Program-made: the position numbers and the translations under genes | NCBI GenBank assembly: GCA_043228905.1 | Contig: JBHGNT010000137.1 | Location: 4,995 to 68,994, forward strand | Length of the DNA: 64,000 nt | From: Azolla caroliniana | Taxonomy: Eukaryota; Plantae; Polypodiophyta | Reading direction: 5' to 3' | The notes under the pieces: model-generated | The model's database searches: none | What the model saw: only the letters and a program-made list of their open reading frames with translations | What the model was told of the DNA's origin: nothing | In this document: positions 51,640 through 64,000 of the stretch, piece after piece | Layout of the letters: each line of letters begins with the position of its first letter | Position numbering within the stretch: position 1 is the stretch's first letter

Positions 51640-53560
51640 TAGGTTGTTTTAAGTAATGATGTGTTCTTTAATGCAAAGTCAAAGCACGAAATGCCTTGTA
51701 CAGAATGGGAGAGGATAAGGTTTTATTCTTGAGTGTACCAATAATCATGACGAGAATGTACAAAGATGTAATGGAAACCATGATGAGAATGTAAGAGGTC
51801 AAATGTTTAGGTACATATAAAGTGGGTTAATGCCTTGATGTGGAGTCTCATTTTGTGTTTCTTTATCTCTTGAAAATTAATTGCAAACAATCCATGGATA
51901 TTTATTGATGACTGAGTGTAGAGAAAACTCTTGTTACAAGGACCCAGTTTGCACTATGATAACCGCAAGTGGAAGCGAGTGTCATGCAATCTTAGATGGA
52001 TATTCTCAATGCCCATCTATAAAATTTGATAACTAATGGAAGGAGTTTTTTTGGGAAAAAATAAAATCTTAGATGGATGCGTAATGGTAAATGGTAAATA
52101 AAATAAGAGACTTGGTTACTTTGTTAAACAAAATGAACAAACTAGCATTTAAATAATTTACAATATGAAGCTCGTTCTCAATGATAGGAAATCAATGTAC
52201 AAGACACATGTTGTTACCAAAGGGTTTAAACAAACCAAACATGTCAAGTTTGATGAGATTTTTTCGCTTGTTGCGAAGTCATAGGTTTAGACATATATGA
52301 CAAGTTATGGGCATTTTGTGAGGCATCATGAGTTTACATATTGTTGTACTCTAAGTATGGGCATATGTGATTGTAATTATTCTTATCATTGTAATTATGT
52401 GTTGTAAATTATTATACACATGCCAACTCATATGAGCAACATGGCTTTCATGCATCATACGTTAACACGTGTGCACCAAGTGGTGATCACACACGCATCC
52501 ATCATATGCACTCTCACACACATGCAACCACACATCACATGCACTCTTATCTGAATGCCTATTTAAGAAGAAGGATCGAAATATCAAGATGAAATGGAAA
52601 TTAATTTATATTCCAATTGATCGAGTTAGCTCATTGTGAGAAGTTTTCATCTCTCAATATTGAAGTTGAGCGTTTGAGTCGGAGTACGATGGAGATAAGA
52701 TGTCATCTTTATGATGGAATATTGTAACTTTGGTAAATAAAATAGTGTATTCTTAATTAAACTAAAACATGATACTTGTATCATATACTTTCTCAATTCT
52801 AATTCTTTAATCCTATGCTATCTCTTTATCTTTGTATGTACTACTCTCTCTCCCTTTCTTTTACGACCTCTCCTCGTTCATAACTGTAGTGGTTCGATGC
52901 ACTGAGTACGAACTTTGCGACAATGTGGTTCCTAGATGATGGCGAGAGTTGACGCTTTGTGAGCCAATGCTGGTTTTGTTTCCAAAACTTCACAAATGTT
53001 TATAGTATGCTCATCATGGCAAGGAGAAGCCAAAATCATCCACTCGAGGGAAATATAAGTATATGTGAACTTTTCAAGTAGGTGGATTGAATGTGCTTGT
53101 AGCATGTACCTTTGGCTCTCTATATCTATCGGAATCAATTATGTTTTGTCAAGGTCAATGGATATTATCCTTGTTGTGGCAAGGACCAACACTAAATTGA
53201 ACCGAAGACAACAGTGGAAAGTTTGTATGCAAAGTACCTTACTTGTGCATGTTTACGTACTACATCGACAATGATGATCAACATTATTTTCCAAGCTACT
53301 TGTTACATGCATACCCATATTTAATCACGATATACGTATTCCATAGTTATCTTTAATCTTATGATGAGTACGCGTAATCTTAAATGTAACGAGGATATGA
53401 GTTCGGTAATACAATTCTACGATGTGAGATAAATTATTATGTGCGTTATCACCTGACCGTTTCATATAAAGTGTAAACACGCTAAGACATAGGGTTTTTG
53501 ACTATATAAGAAGGCCAACTACCTTCTTGTCAAGGAGAATTGACTTATGTTGAGACCATG
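51640..53560 (+). mobile_element. Highly degenerate Ty1/copia pol remnant, interrupted by an LTR
   Basis: 52198-52278 translates YKTHVVTKGFKQTKHVKFDEIFSLVAK, a copia RT YKARLVAKGF.Q..GIDFDEIFSPVAK-like motif. Outer boundaries are uncertain. Confidence 0.5.
52280..52922 (+). mobile_element. Diverged (probably solo) LTR related to LTR 3297-4249
   Basis: Collinear shared blocks ATGAGCA..ATGGCT.TCATGCATCA, GTGC.CCAA.TGG.GATCA, AATTGA..TAGCTCATTG, TCATCTT..GAT..ATTGTAA..TTGGTAAA. Ends in CGACA. Left boundary uncertain. Confidence 0.65.
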
Positions 53561-55912
53561 TTAGTGTGGATATCCCTCTCTCCTTTCTTTGGTCTATAAA
53601 TCCTTATGCTTTGCTTAAATAAATAGTTAGAGTTTAATACTATCATGCATAAACTCTATCCGTGACAAGACTATTACGAGCAAAGGAAGTGCATCAACTT
53701 CCAAGATGAAGAGTTTGGCTACATCAACATGAACAAAAAATGGAGTGGATGTGAGGTCACGTTAACTTATTAATCACCGCGACTACATTTTAAGTCCATG
53801 AAGACAATCAATAGTTTTGTGCAAGTTGGGTGAGAGGTAACACAATATTCTAATTTCTAATATTTCGTAATGGGCTTCGTTGTAGAACTTTCAAAGCCCG
53901 AGAAACATTGCACATCCAAAATCAAACACAATGTATGTTTGTCGGTCAATAACTATTTGAGCCGCAATTTAATTTATAGAAAACCCATTTAGAATAGACA
54001 TCCTTGAAAATCTACGGTCATTGTGGTTAAACTTGTACTTCCTCAATTTAACATAGAGGTTAATCATAGTCCAACAATCGTTGTAGAACTTGATGAACAC
54101 AAACATAATGCTCTTAAGTTTTTGAATAAATCATCTAAATAAATTACCATAAAGTTCTATTGGAAGTATCACAAAACGTTACTTGCCATATAATGAGAAA
54201 TTGTAAGTGTATTTATGAGATTGGAAGACATAATTGTATGCTTAAAATGTCCATATTAAATCTGAAAACGATCATTCATTCATTCCTTGGATTAATACAA
54301 ACAAGGTTATATGCACCTAGAATATATATTCTCACCAAGTAACTGGCTCCATTAAGACACTCCAAAATACTTGAGATACACAACAAAATATTGTTCAATC
54401 CTCAATAATCCATAACCCAACAAAGGAAACCATCAATTTTTTTAACATAAAAAAGGATGCACTAAGTAGGGATCTAGAATGTCAAATAATTCCATTTGTG
54501 AAATTTCATCAATAACAAGGCAAATCTCCATTATTATTATTTGGTTAAACTTGCAGAAATTGGCATGTGGGGTGAACAATGATATCGTATGTAGGGTTTT
54601 ATATTGCGTTGAAAATGCAAACAACAAGAAATAATATTTCACAAACAACAAGAATAAGAACTACAATGGCAAATCAATAGGTTGGTTAATAACACATAGA
54701 CCATGGACTCAAAACCTTCTGAAGCAAACAAATATGTATGTGAGCATGCTCATTTTTTACAACGTGTCTTAGCAATTAGAGATGAATTGTAGTCAACACC
54801 TATCGATAATTTGTTTGCATAAAGCATCTGAAGTTGGAAATTCCATTGTGACATCTAAATTATAAAATAAAGGATAAGGGATAAAGGTGAGATCTAGCTT
54901 TTGTTTGGCTTGAACTTTTGATAAAAGAGCTTACATGAGCTTTTTTGTTATTAATCAAGGGACTTAGATTATTTTAGCCTAAACATCCTCAAATTGACCA
55001 ATTACCTACGACCTTGTCTATGCACAAACAACACGAACCAAGCGATGAGTGCGTGGAGAAGACTCATGAAAAAGACGATAATTTAGCATGACACCATAGA
55101 TTATGAAAGTATACATCAATTACACTAGAAGAATTAAGACACAAAAACTAGATGAGGGTGAGTTATTTTACGACATTTAATTACACTTTATTGCTCTTTT
55201 TCATTATATAGTTACTTATGTTTCTTGGTAGGTCACAATCTTACCATTCAACTTTAATGACCTATTAATTGGGTTGCGGGCTAATGGCCATGACCATACA
55301 AAGGTAGTCTTACAACCTATTCAAGCATTCTTGCTTTCGTATTTTACATTATGGGCCGTTGATGATTTCAAACCTATCTAAAGTGCAAAACAACAATGGG
55401 AAAATGGATCCACACAACCCAGATAAGAAGATCGTTATAGCTAAGTGGGGTGTGTTTGTGATGATGTTTACAATATTAAATGCACCACATACATCGAAGG
55501 GGATAGATGTAGAGATATTTTGATTAATGATTTGACCGATTTCATGAAGGTATTTGTGGACGAATTCAATGCACGAGAATCAGACGAGATACGTTCATGT
55601 CACACGAAGTTAGTTGTGTAGCACTCACTATATGGAGAGACCAACACCCGAAAGGCCAATTATGTGGTTGGGGAAAAACACTACTTGGACATGTGGTGTC
55701 CAATACGATACAAATGTTGTTGTGCATGGACTAGGGACTACACTCGCCCACGAATGAGAACCAACAAACCGTTTCGAACAACCACACAATTTTGTGGAAT
55801 GTTAACATCTTCATCCTTTGTCACTGGTGGGCATCTTTCATGGGGCAATGGATACATGTTCTTTTGTTCATATGAGAGCACCCAATGTCTTGTCTGTTTT
55901 CTGGCTAACTCA

Positions 55913-56117
55913 TACACACACACACACACACACATTATGATATATACATATACATACATACATAGATACATACATAGATACATACATACATACATACATA
56001 CATACATACATACACTCTGCTCACAGTAATAATCACAGCAGCAGAAGCAGAACAAAGAAGAAGAAGAAGAAGAAGAAAAAAGAAGAAGAAGAAGAAGAAG
56101 AAGAAGAAGAAGAAGAG
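55913..56117. repeat. (CA)n/(TACA)n/(GAA)n microsatellites upstream of RRP41L
   Basis: Direct observation. Confidence 0.9.
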
Positions 56118-56121
56118 AGGC

Positions 56122-59566
<3,445 letters not shown>

Positions 59567-61889
59567 GTATGATGGGAAGCGTAAGGATAATCAGTGAGAG
59601 GGATCTGTTATGGTTTCTGAGAAGTGTATGGCAGCTTATCAAAAAGAAAGCTTTCAATAGGCCCTAAAGCTGAATTCAGCAAAACAAGTGTGCTGAGTGT
59701 GGTCGGAAGGAGGATGGTTGTGGCCTCTGCTTTAGTTGATGTGGAGTGTACACATGGGATTGTGTATACAAGCACTTTCTTGCACATTCAACCACTTAGT
59801 TTCCCGCATCTTGAAAAGGTTTCATCAGCACATGAGTTGATAATTTTGGGGATCCACATTTTTGGCACCTGCTTTCTTTGAAATATCGGTAAATAAGATG
59901 GCAAGAAATTAGCTATCTATAAGTGTTATTTCTTGACATACATTTGATTGACGGAATTAATTTTAGCATTGGTTTCTGAAATAACTGGCTTCTGGTTCCA
60001 TTTGAACACAAACCCAAGATCAATGTCAGCGTCAATGATGAGTTCATCTTAATGGAGATAAGATGGAAGCTTACAAGACATCATTTGGCTCATGCAACCA
60101 TGCTGTAATACTTTTCAATAATGTAGATTTTAATTTCAGACGTACATCATTTAGGAAATGATAAACTTTCGTAAGTGGTGATGGGATGGACAGTTTGCCA
60201 ATTCTTATGTGGAAATGTACGAGTACACCATTAAGTTTCCCTTTGTGATTGTAGTTCTGTTGATGGAAGATTTGAATGCTATGTTCAAATCTTTGTATCA
60301 AACTCAGTACTAGCGATACAATTTGAGATGATGTGGCACTGGAAAATTTGTTATGTTTAGATGGAAATCAGTAAATAGCCATGACCTACCCTTGGCTTGA
60401 TGCTAAAACTTTAAGGTTTGATAATTGATGAATGTTGTGAACTTTGCTGAGCCTCTGCCCACAAAGGACAAGCTTGCTCTTGTGCACACGGACATGAGAC
60501 TTTCGAACAAAGTTTGATATTTCCTCATCTCTCTGTTCTTTTGCTTCTACTCTTCATCATCTTGATTCTTAAGGTTGATCCTCTTTAATGTGGATATTGA
60601 CTCACAATCCATCACAAATGCCTTCCAAATTAAGTGGAATATGTAGTTGAGGTTATGAACATATTTGTGTCCCAAACCTGAAATCTATCTTCAACTTGAA
60701 CCTCAAACATCGTAACCACTTTGTCCATACACAAACAACATAGGAATCATTATGTACCTGCATTTTGGTTTGACATAGAAGAGAAGGTATGTTAGACATA
60801 ATCTTTCACGAGTTCATCCATTTGTGTACTAAGTAGGCCTTCAATGTTGGAAGAAGTCCATATTGAGCTTTTGGCAACCTCAAGTCGTATATTTAAAAAT
60901 TGGCAAGGTCAAATATTCATGGTTCTCCACAAATACCTCAGCAAGTTGTCCATTTAGAAACGTGAGCTTAATAAAATAGTATATTGGCTTTGTCCAAACC
61001 TACAACATTACTAGGAACGACCCAAATAGTTTTGACTATTGTATTTAGAGGAATGGGTTCATCCATCTGTGTACTAGGCACACATTCGATGTTGCAAGAA
61101 GTCCAATAAGACGACATTATTGTAGCATGCCCTTTATTATGAGATAGGTCGAAACTACTTGGAGCTAGGCATACAAATTGGTATTCATGATTGATTCCTA
61201 ATAGCTGAGTTTAGCTATGAGGGGGAAAGGATATGACCAATTGGCATTTATCTCCAAATGATGCCATTCAACCTAGTGACCTTTGGCAATGCTTGTATAC
61301 TAATCTCCATGTTGGAAGATCTTTTTTTTTACATTGAACCTCAATAAATAGTATAACAAAAGCACAAAAAAGAAGGGCTAGGGAGTTCTTGGCTTTTGAA
61401 GTTCTTAAATATGATGTGCAACGCCAAAAATGTGGCTTAGAAACATAGATAGAAATTTGAACTAGAGAACGGAAGAAACATATCCCTGAATTTTGTCACA
61501 AGGTTATTACAAATTTGTAAATGAAATATGCATGTTGGGTTATATAGTTTATCACTTGATTAAGGTGAGCAAATCGATCTCTATCGAGACAAGGGTTACA
61601 ATTGCTAAGTTATCTATGTTGTTTGTGGAGAAGGGGCAAAAGCCTGCAAATATACTGCTTATGGAGTTCCTAAGCTTATGCAACCGTTTAGGTATGATGT
61701 TTTTGAAAATTGGATTGCACTTAGATTTCCAAGAATTCAATTTGATAGCAAATCTAGACAATCTAACTAGGAACTTGAAACAATGCTTCGACCTATGGCA
61801 ATTGTCACAACAACCAAATTTAGAGGATTATATTCTCCCATTGGAATTCACCCATTATAGTGCTATGTTGTGGGTTTAAATCATTGCAT

Positions 61890-62930
61890 GCTTTAATAAA
61901 TGTATCATTATTGAGTATGGTTATGTTGAAGAGGGTCAGTATATGGTGAACCAATAAAGCTCTAAGCTATTTTGAAATATGCAACAACAACACATTTTCT
62001 TGTATGCTGAAAAGTTTGTAGCATGATTCGATCTATAAACAAGGGAAGAGACAAATCTTGGCAATGCATTACTTTTATATATTCTAAATGTGGTTTATTT
62101 GTGAGGGGAAGGAAGCAAAGCTAAAACTTATTTCAAGAGGATGCAATGTGATCACTTCTCGCCAAATACAATCACCTCCATTTGCATATTCAAGGCTTGT
62201 TCAAGCACAATGGGGCTTTACATAGAGGAAAAACACAGAAAGTGCTCAAGGGGTTTCTGGTTCAGGTTGTGGCTTTTAAGAATGCACTAATTTCAGGATA
62301 TTACCAGTATAGATTTGGCCATGCAACATTGAATCTTTTTGAACAAATGCAACATGATGGTCTTTCTCTGGATGTAATCACCTTTGTAAGTTTGCTAAAG
62401 GCATGTGGTAGTCTAGGAGTGGTTGATAGGCATAGAAAATCACAATGAAATCATGAGTAAGAGGTTGTTAGAAGACAATATTGAGCTTGGAAATGCTTTG
62501 GTGAACATGTATGCTATATGTGGCAAGCTTGAAAAAGCACAAAAAACAATCAATGATATTTTAGTTCGAGATGTGGTCTCTTGGAATGCTTTGATATCGG
62601 GATATGCTGAAAAGGGTCATGTTGAAAAAGCACTAGATTCTTTAAAGAAAATGTAACTCGAGGGTCAAATCTTGCCGGATGTGGTACAATGTTGTTAATG
62701 TTGGCATTTGTTGAACAATAATTGAGGCCCGCGAGCTTTTTGATGAATTATTATTGTTGATTGGAGATGTAGTACAAGGGGCTGCCATGTTATTGGGCTA
62801 TATTGAGCATGATAAGAATGAGGATGCTATATAAATTTATCCTCAAATGCTTGTGCAAGGTTTCCTCTTACCAAATATGATAACATTTTCTGCTATGTTG
62901 AAAGCATGTGGCAACAAGGGAGAATGGGTT
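61890..62930 (+). pseudogene. PLS-class pentatricopeptide repeat (PPR) pseudogene fragment
   Basis: FEQMQHDGLSLDVITFVSLLKACGSLG; LGNALVNMYAICGKLEKAQ..RDVVSWNALISGYAEKGH; PNMITFSAMLKACG. Broken by frameshifts and stops. Confidence 0.85.
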
Positions 62931-63761
62931 GTACGTACCAAAATGAAATTAGATTTTGTGATGGATGGAGGAATTGCGGTATAGATTGACTTCAATAGTT
63001 GCACAATCTCTATGGAAAGCATAGTGTTGTAGCGGATGTACCTTTTTTAAAACTAATGGAAGGATATTTTGTTTTGAAAAAAATTTAAAAAATATCATTA
63101 TTGACCTCGCCCTTGTGTTAATAATTGTTTGTGATAATATGGAGAAGGCTATGCAATCATGCTATCATCCATGAATAAGGAACAATATGAAAAGTGCAAT
63201 TTGGAAAAATGTGTTTTAGTCATGGGAACTTGTTATAAAAGGCTAAACATGTGAAATTCTTGAATTTATGTTTTAGTCGATTGAATCCAGATACATTAGG
63301 GTTGAGCAAACTGCAATGATAACTTATAGCCAACAAGTCGTTGTATACTTACATGATTGGAAGCATTGGCTCACCTTACTTTAAACTTGCCTAACTTAAA
63401 CACTTTAATGTTATGTTATATCCTCAAGATTATGAGTTGAAGTCCTTACTAAGTTTCCTGTTAACTTTATTATATTGCTACTATGATTTTTGTTTTTTTG
63501 TCATTCATAGAACACTATTTTGCTCCAAATATATGGTTTTTCAATTCACTTGCCGGAGTTCCAAGCGCTGAAAAATAATATTATTGCATTGCGGCAATGT
63601 TGGCAACACGAATCGGAGCAAAAGCAAAACTCTCGCCCATACCTAATGAAATTCACGTTATGAAAGCCATATAATTGAGAGAAGAGGGTGCAATCATGTG
63701 TGCAATATTACAAATTTACATGTGTTGGTGGATGTGGGACCGGATAGATAGGATGGCTATG

Positions 63762-63798
<37 letters not shown>

Positions 63799-64000
63799 GG
63801 GAGTGCCTTCATTATGTCAAAAAGTGGGACCAAGGTAGGGAGTTTTTTGATGAAACGACTCAGTCGTGAAGTAATATTCGAGAATATTCGGAGAGGCATC
63901 GGGGCCCGTAAGGGTAATGAGAGGAGTGAAATGTTTGGACTGGTGCAATCAAGGTGTGGGGCGTGATGCCGATGTGACGATGTAGAGGGATGGGATGAGG

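Overview
Eukaryotic land-plant nuclear DNA: spliceosomal introns, many microsatellites and LTR retrotransposons. The PPR style, TE-filled long introns and Ty3 lineage suggest a non-seed plant such as a fern, but that is inference only. Positions 1-8.5 kb are a four-level nest of degenerate LTR retrotransposons (three Ty3/gypsy-type inside a Ty1/copia). Five host genes follow: an intronless F-box/kelch-type gene (15348-16928, +); a 3-exon DRB2/3/5-like dsRNA-binding protein gene (21028-30529, +) whose 8 kb intron holds a two-LTR, RT-deleted copia; an intronless long-form Integrator subunit 3 gene (36573-39770, -); a 2-exon plant protein with PTSPxVSCIGQV and LQRCxSEP motifs (45480-47308, -); and a 7-exon exosome subunit RRP41L/MTR3 gene (56122-59566, +) that the ORF track shows only in fragments. 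Also present are hAT-type MITEs, old copia/LINE remnants, a PPR pseudogene and many short local duplications. The most unusual signal is in one Ty3/gypsy LTR family (three related LTRs here). Its LTRs carry tRNA-shaped A-box/B-box modules with tRNA-like spacing, one with an intact T-arm, and one member has a perfect tRNA-Trp primer-binding site. All alignments and counts were done by eye.
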